Source: a virus (lineage: Duplodnaviria; Caudoviricetes). Taken from it: a DNA stretch of 63,125 nt. The position numbers and the translations under genes were made by a program. The number at the start of each line of letters is the position of its first letter. The first letter of the stretch is position 1. The notes beneath the pieces were generated by a model. The model did no database searches. It had not been told where the DNA came from and saw only the letters and a list, made by a program, of their open reading frames with translations. The stretch is from the IMG/VR virus record IMGVR_UViG_3300006114_000002, positions 1 through 63,125 of that record. The stretch is one strand, 5' to 3'. Shown here one piece after another: positions 1 through 8,004 of this stretch.

Positions 1-110
1 CAACCTAGTCAGAGGCGCATGAATAAAGGCTCTCCTTGCGGCGTGGTCTTTTTACAACACTCATCGATCCTAGCCAATCCGGTCATTTTGCCAAATTTTG
101 CAAAAAAAAA
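1..110. repeat. Terminal direct repeat (identical to 63016-63125); probably assembly circularisation overlap
   Basis: Base-for-base identity of first and last 110 nt. Confidence 0.95.
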
Positions 111-228
111 TTTTAGGGGGTTCGCTTTTTAGGCAGGAAATTTTAACGAGCTTGCGACCTGAGTGGGTCCCCCGCCCCCGCCTGCCGACGGGACCCTAAA
201 CGGTGGTGCGGTGCAACAAAAAGGCCCA

Positions 229-348
229 GCACCACATTGGTGCACACGTGCACCGCTTTAGTGCATGCCTGCACCACAATGGTGCACTGGCGCACTGGCA
301 TAGTGCACGCCCGCACCGATACGGTGCACAGGTGCACTGGCTTGGTGC
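229..348. promoter_or_regulatory. Six tandem NtrC-type sites GCAC-N7-GTGC at exact 21-bp period
   Basis: Sites start at 229, 250, 271, 292, 313, 334; half site at 355; 270-286 is TGCACCACAATGGTGCA, matching the NtrC consensus TGCACCA-N3-TGGTGCA. Confidence 0.75.
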
Positions 349-371
349 AGGTGTGCACCGGTGTGGCTCTA

Positions 372-496
372 AGGGTTTACCCTATCAGGGTCTACCCCTA
401 GTTGTTGGACATCCTACCTGGTAATGAGAATCATTCGCATCTGGCCGGGAGCCAGAGCAGCACTTAGGGTAAACCCTAGGTTGTTGGACATCCTAT
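372..496. promoter_or_regulatory. Repeated palindromic operator-like motifs of unknown regulators
   Basis: AGGGTTTACCCT 372-383, AGGGTCTACCCC 387-398, TAGGGTAAACCCTA 465-478; GTTGGACATCCTAY 404-417 and 483-496. Confidence 0.55.
420..441. promoter_or_regulatory. Fur box
   Basis: GGTAATGAGAATCATTCGC matches GATAATGATAATCATTATC at 15/19. Confidence 0.7.
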
Positions 497-498
497 CT

Positions 499-520
499 GG
501 TAATGAGACGCATTCGCATT
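499..520. promoter_or_regulatory. Fur box (second copy)
   Basis: GGTAATGAGACGCATTCGC, 13/19 to consensus; part of a 79-bp-period duplication. Confidence 0.55.
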
Positions 521-536
521 TAGCCACTCAGGCAAG

Positions 537-583
537 GCACCACTTTGGTGCACGGGCGGATTGGCAGGGCACCACTTTGGTGC
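537..583. promoter_or_regulatory. Pair of NtrC-type sites 32 bp apart
   Basis: GCACCACTTTGGTGC at 537-551 and 569-583. Confidence 0.7.
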
Positions 584-763
584 GGGCTGATACCGGACGC
601 ATTTAAACGGCCTAGGAGCGATTTGTTTGAAAAGACATACGTAGCTATTAGCCACGCTGCGATCGTGCCTTATAGGCTCTATACGCACGCCTGAGAAGGT
701 CTCTCGTGATGTGGCCTGACTATCAGCCAATGGGGTCTAATAGCGAAAACCTATCGATGCCAG

Positions 764-793
764 TTTACCTGTACGGATTGACCATAGTAGTAA
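764..793 (+). promoter_or_regulatory. Early promoter repeat 1 (sigma70-like)
   Basis: TTTACC-TGTACGGATTGACCATAG-TAGTAA; one of four near-identical copies, each upstream of a gene. Confidence 0.7.
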
Positions 794-839
794 GCAGGCA
801 GATAGCCTGACAACCACACAACACAACAGGAGTATTAAC

Positions 840-1487
840 ATGGTTAAATTATCAATTACTGGCAAATTGGACGGCATCAAGTCATGGAGCCTGCAGGCTC
901 TCGAGACGTGCCCCGGTTCAGTCAAGGCCGACGGCGAGCTAGTCGACGCATGCCGTGGCTGCTATGCCACTACAGGCAACTATAACTACCCAAACGTAAA
1001 GGCTCCACGTGCCGCCAATAAGTTAGACTGGCAGCGTGATGGCTGGGTCGATGACATGGTGCAAGCGCTCGGCGATTCACGCTATTTTAGATGGTTTGAC
1101 TCGGGCGATATGTACTCGCTCAATTTGGCCAAGAAAATGCGTGAGGTTATGGCTCGCACGCCGTGGGTTAACCATTGGCTCCCGACTCGCATGGCTAAAT
1201 TTCCAAAATTCGCCGACATTATCGGCGCAATGGATAGCCTGCCTAACGTCAAGGTTAGATTCTCGAGCGACAGCGTCGAGGGCGAGTTTACTCGCGGCGT
1301 ACATGGCTCAGTTATCGTAAGCGACAGCGAGTCGGTTCCGGCCGGTGCGACACTGTGCCGGGCGTACGACAGCAACGGTAAGTGTAACGGGTGCCGGGCA
1401 TGCTATGACAAGACGGTAGACGTTATCGCCTACCCTGCGCACGGCAAAAAGATGGCCAAGGTCATCATGCTAAAAAAGGCAGCATAA
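840..1487 (+). CDS. GP88-like Cys-rich (possible Fe-S) phage protein
   Basis: CPG..CxxCYA, FRWFDSGD, HWLPTR and C-terminal CxxCxxC motifs; AGGAG RBS. Confidence 0.7.
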   Translation: MVKLSITGKLDGIKSWSLQALETCPGSVKADGELVDACRGCYATTGNYNYPNVKAPRAANKLDWQRDGWVDDMVQALGDSRYFRWFDSGDMYSLNLAKKMREVMARTPWVNHWLPTRMAKFPKFADIIGAMDSLPNVKVRFSSDSVEGEFTRGVHGSVIVSDSESVPAGATLCRAYDSNGKCNGCRACYDKTVDVIAYPAHGKKMAKVIMLKKAA

Positions 1488-1493
1488 ACACCG

Positions 1494-1526
1494 AGCCCGG
1501 CAGCCGAGAGGTTGCCGGGCTTTTTT
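1494..1526 (+). terminator. Rho-independent terminator
   Basis: AGCCCGGCAGCC-GAGA-GGTTGCCGGGCT plus T run. Confidence 0.85.
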
Positions 1527-1528
1527 GT

Positions 1529-1558
1529 TTTACATGTGCGGATTGACCATAGTATTAT
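1529..1558 (+). promoter_or_regulatory. Early promoter repeat 2
   Basis: TTTACA-TGTGCGGATTGACCATAG-TATTAT. Confidence 0.75.
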
Positions 1559-1582
1559 CACCAACCACAGCGGAGCGACACC

Positions 1583-1972
1583 GTGAAATTCATTAAAAAA
1601 AACCCACGCACGATTGAGATAGAGCGCAACGATTGCGTAGTGCGTGCGATGACTATCGCATACGACTCGAGCTATGAGATTGTCCACAAGGCCTGCGAGG
1701 CGGCCGGGCGCCGCCCGCAGCGTGGCATGAACGGGTACCAAGTGGCCAAGGCTCTCGAGGTATTGACAGGGCGTGAGGATGTCAGCATGACGTGGTACAC
1801 GCTCAAGAGTGACCGCCCGACAATGGCTCAATTCGTACGGGCAAACCCCAAGGGACGTTTTTTGACGATCATACACGGGCACGCCGTGGCACTGATAGAC
1901 GGCGTCTACTATGACGCATCAGAGCCCGGCGCTCGACACAGGGTCTGGGCATACGCCAGACTGGACAAGTAA
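1583..1972 (+). CDS. Hypothetical early protein (DCVVRA...H motif, papain-like possibility)
   Basis: GGAG RBS, GTG start, lies between a promoter and a terminator. Confidence 0.65.
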   Translation: MKFIKKNPRTIEIERNDCVVRAMTIAYDSSYEIVHKACEAAGRRPQRGMNGYQVAKALEVLTGREDVSMTWYTLKSDRPTMAQFVRANPKGRFLTIIHGHAVALIDGVYYDASEPGARHRVWAYARLDK

Positions 1973-1976
1973 CACC

Positions 1977-2006
1977 AAGCCCGGGCAGCTGCCCGGGTTT
2001 TTTTTT
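1977..2006 (+). terminator. Rho-independent terminator
   Basis: AAGCCCGGGC-AGCT-GCCCGGGTTT plus T run. Confidence 0.85.
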
Positions 2007-2033
2007 ACATGTACGGATTGACCATAGTAGTAT
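2004..2033 (+). promoter_or_regulatory. Early promoter repeat 3
   Basis: TTTACA-TGTACGGATTGACCATAG-TAGTAT. Confidence 0.75.
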
Positions 2034-2067
2034 GCAGTACAAAAACACACACAACCGGAGCACTAAA

Positions 2068-2262
2068 ATGGATATCGCACAAAGGCTAAAAAACAAATTG
2101 GCCATCAACGCCGCCAAGTTTGAGGTAAGAACCAACCTGCACCCGTCGATCGGCGCACTAATGCGCAAAGACGGCGTCCAATACTACGCATTTATCGGCG
2201 GCGAGTGTATCGAGGACACGCCAGAAAATTTAACCAAGTTACTAATCGCACAGGGGCAATAA
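2068..2262 (+). CDS. Hypothetical early protein
   Basis: GGAG RBS before ATG 2068. Confidence 0.6.
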   Translation: MDIAQRLKNKLAINAAKFEVRTNLHPSIGALMRKDGVQYYAFIGGECIEDTPENLTKLLIAQGQ

Positions 2263-2394
2263 AATGCAAAGATCAAGGGCAGCAGCCCGGCGTGAGCGCC
2301 GGGATTGGGTACAGGCAATTAGCTACACTCTGGCCGCATCGGCGGCCGTGACACTATTTGGTTTTACATATCTTAAAGCAATGGGAGCAATATA

Positions 2395-2580
2395 ATGAAC
2401 AAATTAACATCACAAGACAGGCAATCGATGCTCGAGACAATCTGGCACGCTCTCGAGTGCTACCGTGAAGACTGCATACCGGAGGGCGAGGAGGGATACG
2501 ACGAGGAGTGGAGCGATATATGCACGGCGATGGCGTGGATCACCGAGGATCTAGAGAAATTCGACAACCAAGAGGGGTAG
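2395..2580 (+). CDS. Small acidic hypothetical protein
   Basis: GGAG RBS; acidic 61 aa. Confidence 0.65.
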   Translation: MNKLTSQDRQSMLETIWHALECYREDCIPEGEEGYDEEWSDICTAMAWITEDLEKFDNQEG

Positions 2581-2582
2581 TA

Positions 2583-2612
2583 TTTAGGTGTACGGATTGA
2601 CCATAGTAGTAT
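2583..2612 (+). promoter_or_regulatory. Early promoter repeat 4
   Basis: TTTAGG-TGTACGGATTGACCATAG-TAGTAT. Confidence 0.7.
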
Positions 2613-2640
2613 CACCAACCAACCAGACAGGAGCAACACC

Positions 2641-2877
2641 ATGGACATGTACCAAATGCTAGAGCATATGATCAGGCAGGCAGACAGCTACAAATGCCTG
2701 TGCCTGAGAAAAGACGGGGCAGTATTTCCACGAGGCAGACTGCTACACTTCAAAAAGCTAGACGCAAACACGTACGAGGTATCGGACGGGCACCAGACTG
2801 AGATTGTCGACGCCCTGCTAGTCGACTATACGTCATTCTGCAACCACTCGAAGTATGTACGGAGGATCGAGGCATGA
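2641..2877 (+). CDS. Hypothetical early protein
   Basis: AGGAG RBS; ATGA overlap with next gene. Confidence 0.65.
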   Translation: MDMYQMLEHMIRQADSYKCLCLRKDGAVFPRGRLLHFKKLDANTYEVSDGHQTEIVDALLVDYTSFCNHSKYVRRIEA

Positions 2878-3092
2878 GCCGAAAACTGCCAACTTTTTAC
2901 GACAATTTCAACTATCAGGAGTATGACGCAATGAAGACCATAACGACACGAGAGATTTTAGGATGGCTGCACATCGATGACGAGGGCAATCGTGACGTTT
3001 GGGACAAGGCGAGGGATTGGCCGGGTACGTGGGTACCGCTATACACAAACGAGACCATACAATGCGACGAGAATGGAGTGCCGATCAAATGA
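2874..3092 (+). CDS. Hypothetical early protein
   Basis: ATGA coupling at both ends. Confidence 0.6.
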   Translation: MSRKLPTFYDNFNYQEYDAMKTITTREILGWLHIDDEGNRDVWDKARDWPGTWVPLYTNETIQCDENGVPIK

Positions 3093-3379
3093 CTACAGTC
3101 ACCAGAATGTACCAAGAGCAGTGGGAGAGACGATACAGCCCGCTAAAAAACCACATGCGTGATGCGGAGGCCTTCGATGGCTGCCTCTACCAACCATACG
3201 GGCTCGATGACGAGTATATCCGCAATATTCACAACGCAACGCCGAGCCACGTCTGGACAGTCGTATCGTGCGACGAGGGCGACTTTATACTCTCCGGTTG
3301 GCACTACGCCAACGTGATCGGTTACCTGATCACGCTACTTCCGGCGCAGGGGGATGTGGAGGTCGACCTAAATGACTAG
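3089..3379 (+). CDS. Hypothetical early protein
   Basis: ATGA overlap suggests start 3089. Confidence 0.6.
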   Translation: MTTVTRMYQEQWERRYSPLKNHMRDAEAFDGCLYQPYGLDDEYIRNIHNATPSHVWTVVSCDEGDFILSGWHYANVIGYLITLLPAQGDVEVDLND

Positions 3380-3668
3380 ACTATACTCAAACTCACTATT
3401 CAACAGGCTCTATCAGCCGAGACTGATAGGGAGACCGATAAGGTACGAGAGCCGACTAAAAAAGTATCCCAAAAATAAAAAGTTACCAATCATACAGAGT
3501 CAGCGTAAAATATGCCAGACTCGAGCCAATTTGATCCTAGGGCGTCGTATGCTGCTAAGTGTCCGAGGCCTGAGATTCAAACACTCGGCATCGATATTTT
3601 TAAGGAGACTACGTGCCAAAAGACAAAAACAGCCTGAGCGATTATCTTCGTTCCCTGTACGGTATTGA
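3372..3668 (+). CDS. Basic hypothetical protein
   Basis: GGAGG RBS; overlaps sigma gene start. Confidence 0.4.
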   Translation: MTRLYSNSLFNRLYQPRLIGRPIRYESRLKKYPKNKKLPIIQSQRKICQTRANLILGRRMLLSVRGLRFKHSASIFLRRLRAKRQKQPERLSSFPVRY

Positions 3669-4185
3669 CCCCCTCTCTGTCGAGGAGGAGGTCAGGCTCG
3701 CCGGGCTGATACAGGCCGGCGATGAGGATGCGCTAGATAAACTCGTGACCCATAATCTGAGGTTTGTCGTATCTATACTTAAGGAATTAGCCTCGTGGCA
3801 CCATGGATCGATACCGATCGAGGACTTGGTTGGTTATGGTAATTATTGGCTACTGTATGCAGCCAAAAGGTGGACGCCGACAAACGGTGCCCGGTTCGCC
3901 ACGTACGCCAAGCAGTTTATACTTAAGGGCGTCCGGAGGGATGTCGACAACACGTCCAACATTATCCGTCTACCGGTCAACGTCAGCGAGGAGATCAAGC
4001 GCATGAGGTACGCAGAGAGAATCCTATCCCAGAGTCTGGGGCGTGAGCCCCGCCCGGGTGAGGTGGCGCAGCACATGGGTATCGGTGAGGAGCGGGTGCA
4101 GCAGCTGCAGGGTTATTTAATCAGGGAGCCGAGCAGTCTCGAGGCTCACAGGCAGGATCAATTAACAGAGGAGAGCGAGGAGTGA
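3613..4185 (+). CDS. Phage sigma70-family factor, regions 1.2, 2 and 3 only (no region 4)
   Basis: YLRSL..PLS.EEE..LA, LVTHNLRFVV, EDLV..GN..L, RFATYA, IIRLPV, LGREP; ends at EPSSLE (start of 3.2 linker); AAGGAG RBS. Confidence 0.88.
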   Translation: MPKDKNSLSDYLRSLYGIDPLSVEEEVRLAGLIQAGDEDALDKLVTHNLRFVVSILKELASWHHGSIPIEDLVGYGNYWLLYAAKRWTPTNGARFATYAKQFILKGVRRDVDNTSNIIRLPVNVSEEIKRMRYAERILSQSLGREPRPGEVAQHMGIGEERVQQLQGYLIREPSSLEAHRQDQLTEESEE

Positions 4186-4523
4186 TAAAACTAGACGAGG
4201 AGCAGGCGGCGGCCTACGCACGCTACAAGCGTGCGGCTGACGCCGTGGGTATAGGCAAGCGTGTAAGGGGTGCATGGGTGCCCTTTAGCGACGTTTTGGG
4301 CTCACTAAAACCGGACGGTGTAGCTACACCCCTATTTATACCGAACGATGCTTGGCTCGAGTATAAATTGGCCGTAGAGGCGTGGCTGAGGGTCGAGCCA
4401 AGGTTTAGACACGATGAGAGGCTGAGATCAACGAGGGGCGACTATGATCACGAGGACTCGTGGGATGAGCCAGAGGCTAGAGTAAAGGATACCTTTACAC
4501 TAATAAAGGAGGGCGAGTCTTGA
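4182..4523 (+). CDS. Hypothetical protein
   Basis: GTGA overlap with sigma gene. Confidence 0.65.
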   Translation: MIKLDEEQAAAYARYKRAADAVGIGKRVRGAWVPFSDVLGSLKPDGVATPLFIPNDAWLEYKLAVEAWLRVEPRFRHDERLRSTRGDYDHEDSWDEPEARVKDTFTLIKEGES

Positions 4524-4759
4524 ACAGCGGGGAGATGATATTCACGGCACTAAGTATATTTTTGGCGGCACTCGGACTCTCGGGTCTCGTGCTGAGGATC
4601 CACATTTGGTACAGGAACAGGAATGAGCGAGATTGAAAAACTTAGGCATGCTGCAAGGAGCGCACTCGAGGCGCTAGAGAACCCCTCTACGGTATCGGTG
4701 CAGCACGCACTGTGGCTGCTGAGGGAAATTTTAAACGATAAGAGCGAGGATATAGATCC

Positions 4760-4966
4760 ATGGATGGAGACAAGATGAAGCGTGCGATACTAATCGAGCA
4801 TCACGATGGTGATAAACTGACGATGATCGTCTGCAATGATGACAACGGCGGCCACATATTTGACGCACTATGGGACCCGACCGAGGCAAACACGCCAGAG
4901 AATCGTAAAAAATTCAGGGGGTGGGTCTCGACAATGTTAAAGAGAAAAGGATACACAGATGAGTGA
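4760..4966 (+). CDS. Hypothetical protein
   Basis: ORF in tightly packed operon. Confidence 0.6.
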   Translation: MDGDKMKRAILIEHHDGDKLTMIVCNDDNGGHIFDALWDPTEANTPENRKKFRGWVSTMLKRKGYTDE

Positions 4967-5144
4967 AAATTCAACAGCATCGGCGATACTAATCGCAGTA
5001 TGGGTGGCGGCCTTCTTTTTTATGGGCATGGCTCTCGTGACGAGGGGCGGGTCTCCGACGCCGACCGTGACAGTCGTATACGACTGCAATACCAACACGG
5101 GCGATGCACCGCCCGCAGTACTTCAATTGTGTGGGAGAAAATGA
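4959..5144 (+). CDS. Small membrane protein
   Basis: N-terminal hydrophobic helix. Confidence 0.55.
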   Translation: MSENSTASAILIAVWVAAFFFMGMALVTRGGSPTPTVTVVYDCNTNTGDAPPAVLQLCGRK

Positions 5145-5388
5145 TGCACCCGTCAGGACTGACACTTGAACGATGGAACTGGCCATTCAAGACGGACGAG
5201 GAGCGTGCCACGATACAGGCTTGGCTCGAGGGCGTACCGAAAGACTTGTCAGACAAGTCGATACCATTCTAGGGGCGCAAAATGATTAGTTTATTGACAG
5301 CGTTTGTCTTAGTGCACTTTGATGCGCATGGGGGTTGGTGGATAGCGTTTGGGTTGGTGCTAATAGGAAAAGCTATAAAGGAAATGCA

Positions 5389-5733
5389 ATGAACGAAACA
5401 TTTTTACTGTATGTATTAACCCGTTTAAATAAAATTGTTATCACATCCACGATCATAGGACTAATGACTCTATTTGTGATGCTAATAATGACGGCTCACT
5501 GGTGGTCAGAACTTGAAAATGAAAAAATACCTTCGCTTAAAAAGTTTTGGGCGATACCAATTGCCTCCCTGCTTATCAGCGTCTTTGTGCCGACTCAGAA
5601 GGATGCGCTCTTCATCATTGCAGGAACCAAAGTGATCGAGCTTGCCAAGGATCCTGACATTAAACGTGTGGCGGGTAAGTCGGCGCAACTGATTGAGAAG
5701 TATATTGACAATCTTCTTGAGGAAAAGAAATGA
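5389..5733 (+). CDS. Membrane hypothetical protein
   Basis: Two hydrophobic segments; AAGGA RBS. Confidence 0.6.
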   Translation: MNETFLLYVLTRLNKIVITSTIIGLMTLFVMLIMTAHWWSELENEKIPSLKKFWAIPIASLLISVFVPTQKDALFIIAGTKVIELAKDPDIKRVAGKSAQLIEKYIDNLLEEKK

Positions 5734-6029
5734 AAGAGCAAAAGTTTTTTAGGGGGGACTTGGTTCAGATAGCTGATGATCTTGGCAAGGCAATGAGCCA
5801 CTTTGAAAAGGGATGCAAAGCTATTGTTATTGGTACCTATGCAGAGCTGTCCTATGACGATAACAAAGTGGATGATTACCAGCTTTATATTTTGCCCCAC
5901 CAAGGCACTTCAGCTTGGTATCACACGCACCAACTAACCCTGATCGAACCAAACCGATATGACTTACTGCCGAAAAACAACCGCACACGACTTAACTGGG
6001 AAGCGCAACAAGCGAGGGATGCAAAATGA
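5730..6029 (+). CDS. Hypothetical protein (SH3-like possible)
   Basis: ATGA coupling; KF..GDLV motif. Confidence 0.6.
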   Translation: MKEQKFFRGDLVQIADDLGKAMSHFEKGCKAIVIGTYAELSYDDNKVDDYQLYILPHQGTSAWYHTHQLTLIEPNRYDLLPKNNRTRLNWEAQQARDAK

Positions 6030-6235
6030 ACGAACGAATCAAAGAACTTGCTGAACAGGCGGGATTTGAATTAGGCGATCAGTACACGATTTTGCCATTT
6101 AAAAAGTTGGAATTGTTAATCAGGCAGGATGAACGTGAGGCTTGTGCGAATTTGTGTGATGAAAATGAACGTGCAAATTTATATGGCGTTAAAGAATGTG
6201 CGGCAGCAATCAGAGCAAGGAGCAACAATGACTAA
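6026..6235 (+). CDS. Hypothetical phage protein (EREACA...CAAAIRAR type)
   Basis: Motif typical of small proteobacterial phage genes. Confidence 0.65.
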   Translation: MNERIKELAEQAGFELGDQYTILPFKKLELLIRQDEREACANLCDENERANLYGVKECAAAIRARSNND

Positions 6236-6605
6236 CCAACCAGAAGCATTGCGATTGGCTGATGATATTGATCTTGGAAATTACACTCACAAAGACGTTA
6301 CAAAAGCCGCAGCCGAACTACGCCGCTTGCATGAGGTGAATCAAGTCTTGAAGCAATACAACAATATTTTGAGGCAAAAAATGATGCCAATAAAAATTAA
6401 CCAACCAATATTTGAGTTACCTATCTGTGATGTCTGCAATAAGCCTGTCGAGTACATGGATGGGCGCAATGATATAAATTTTGATGCTCGCATATTCAAA
6501 GTGAGTTGCCATGGTGAAACGCAAGAAGTGGCGTTAACCGCTTTGACAATGCTTGATTGTGAAGTAACCACCACCCGAGCTTTTGTTAAAGAGAGATTGT
6601 TATGA
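6228..6605 (+). CDS. Hypothetical phage protein (EALRLAD...AAAELRRL, CxxC)
   Basis: AAGGAG RBS; coupled. Confidence 0.6.
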   Translation: MTNQPEALRLADDIDLGNYTHKDVTKAAAELRRLHEVNQVLKQYNNILRQKMMPIKINQPIFELPICDVCNKPVEYMDGRNDINFDARIFKVSCHGETQEVALTALTMLDCEVTTTRAFVKERLL

Positions 6606-7036
6606 ACCGTGAACTATTACAGCAAGCGTTGGATATGATAAACACAGCAATCAGCTCGGGAGACTGGAAAGTTGACGGGGCTTGTGATCCTGATAGCTTA
6701 ATCAGAAGGCTTAAAGCAGAGTTAGCACTAGACAGGAAAGCCGATAACGCTCGTGAACTAGGGTTGGATTATGAGCCTGTCTTGTGTGGATGTGGTGATG
6801 GTATTGTGGCGGATTCTGGTGCGTTATGCGGGATATGTGCAAGCCTAAAACCAATTAGAGAATGGGTAGGTCTGACGAATGAGGAGCTTGAAGAAATTCA
6901 GTATTCAACAGATACACAAGTTGAATATATAACATATGACGAGGGCGAGTACGGCATGGAAATTGAAATCCATCCTGAAAACTTTGCCCGTGCAATCGAA
7001 GCTAAGCTAAAGGAGAAAAATCATGGGTCTGTTTAA
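6602..7036 (+). CDS. Hypothetical protein with WxGLT..E / ARAIEAKLKEKN C-terminal module
   Basis: Module shared with next two genes. Confidence 0.7.
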   Translation: MNRELLQQALDMINTAISSGDWKVDGACDPDSLIRRLKAELALDRKADNARELGLDYEPVLCGCGDGIVADSGALCGICASLKPIREWVGLTNEELEEIQYSTDTQVEYITYDEGEYGMEIEIHPENFARAIEAKLKEKNHGSV

Positions 7037-7349
7037 ATCTGGTAAGGCAAAGGTAGATGATCTGCTCACAATACTGGTGCCAGCGTTGCGATGGGAAATT
7101 GAAAACGAAATCAGACAGCGATTAGCCAAAGAAATGGAAAGCATTGTCCGTGATGCCGCTGATAGGGTTTTGACATATGGATATAAAGAAGCGATTAAAG
7201 AACTTAGCATAACTGTCAAAGCACCCTATAAAGAATGGGCAGGGCTGACGGATGAGGAAATTGAAGAATTAGCAAACGGTGTGTTTAAACATGACGATTT
7301 TGCCCGTGCAATCGAAGCCAAACTCAAGGAGAAGAACAATGCCGTTTAA
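7023..7349 (+). CDS. Hypothetical protein with WxGLTDEE module
   Basis: EWAGLTDEEI...FARAIEAKLKEKN. Confidence 0.7.
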   Translation: MGLFKSGKAKVDDLLTILVPALRWEIENEIRQRLAKEMESIVRDAADRVLTYGYKEAIKELSITVKAPYKEWAGLTDEEIEELANGVFKHDDFARAIEAKLKEKNNAV

Positions 7350-7521
7350 ACAGCACCCAACAAAACCCGATATGGTCATTTACGAACCTAACGTGTATTG
7401 GATACCTAAGCCGTGGCAAGGACTGACGGATGAAGAAATCAAGGGCATACTTGATTGTGGGCGTGGCGGGTTGGTTGATATTAAAAAAGCAGAGCAAATA
7501 CTCAAGGAGAAAAACACGTGA
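7339..7521 (+). CDS. Hypothetical protein with WxGLTDEE module
   Basis: PWQGLTDEEI...LKEKN. Confidence 0.65.
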   Translation: MPFKQHPTKPDMVIYEPNVYWIPKPWQGLTDEEIKGILDCGRGGLVDIKKAEQILKEKNT

Positions 7522-7724
7522 ATACACTCAATACGCACAACATCATGCGCAACCTGCGCACGAGTCGCACAATGCAGGGCATCATGGGCACGCCAGACTA
7601 CGGATCCGCTCTCACGGTCTACAAGAGATCGATTTACAACCCTTCCGGCGAGTTTTGGCTCGGTATTTTGCTCGGAATTTGTCTAGGATCCCTCGCCGTG
7701 GCCGGGATTCTGGGCAAATTTTGA
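7518..7724 (+). CDS. Small protein with C-terminal TM helix
   Basis: AAGGAG RBS, GTGA overlap. Confidence 0.6.
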   Translation: MNTLNTHNIMRNLRTSRTMQGIMGTPDYGSALTVYKRSIYNPSGEFWLGILLGICLGSLAVAGILGKF

Positions 7725-7738
7725 GAAACCTAGACGCA

Positions 7739-7878
7739 GGAGAGCCTTTATCCATGCGGCCGTGGCTAGGTTGGCTAGGTTGGCTAGGTCACTTTACACT
7801 TATTGCTCTACTTTTATTTTTTATTTTTTTAATAATAATAATAAAAATAAGAAAAAACCTAGCCAACCTAGTCAAACC
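7739..7878. other. Putative replication origin A (iterons flanking AT-rich core)
   Basis: 3x TGGCTAGGT at 7763-7789, AT-rich (AAT)n core, inverted ACCTAGCCA/ACCTAGTCA at 7857-7874; immediately upstream of primase-helicase. Confidence 0.7.
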
Positions 7879-7967
7879 TAAGCAGGAGTAGGCGTGGAAC
7901 CCCGCCACGACCCGGCGGAGTCAATAAACATGCGGTTCTAGGCTTTTTTGACCGCACGTGATAGAAT

Positions 7968-7980
7968 TTTGCATTAGTAG
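7968..7980 (+). promoter_or_regulatory. Phage-sigma promoter core without upstream GGGC (putative middle promoter)
   Basis: TTTGCATTAGTAG upstream of primase operon. Confidence 0.6.
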
Positions 7981-8004
7981 TACACGACACAGGAAAATCA
8001 GACG

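Noticed and set aside
1-110. Biological terminal repeat
   Set aside because: Cuts through origin B and ends in a homopolymer; more consistent with assembler overlap, needs read data
229-358. CRISPR-like array
   Set aside because: Period of 21 bp with 6-7 nt variable parts is far too short; no cas operon (DUF2800 is a standard phage Cas4-like nuclease)
656-670. Minus-strand sigma54-like AGGCACG-N6-GC
   Set aside because: Lacks TT before GC and points into the non-coding array; too weak to call
143-730. Short ORFs with heptad Cys/His patterns
   Set aside because: By-products of the 21-bp palindromic array; no RBS
7430-7891. 153-aa ORF with WLG repeats, and similar ORFs at 62558-63005
   Set aside because: Translations of origin iterons and AT microsatellites
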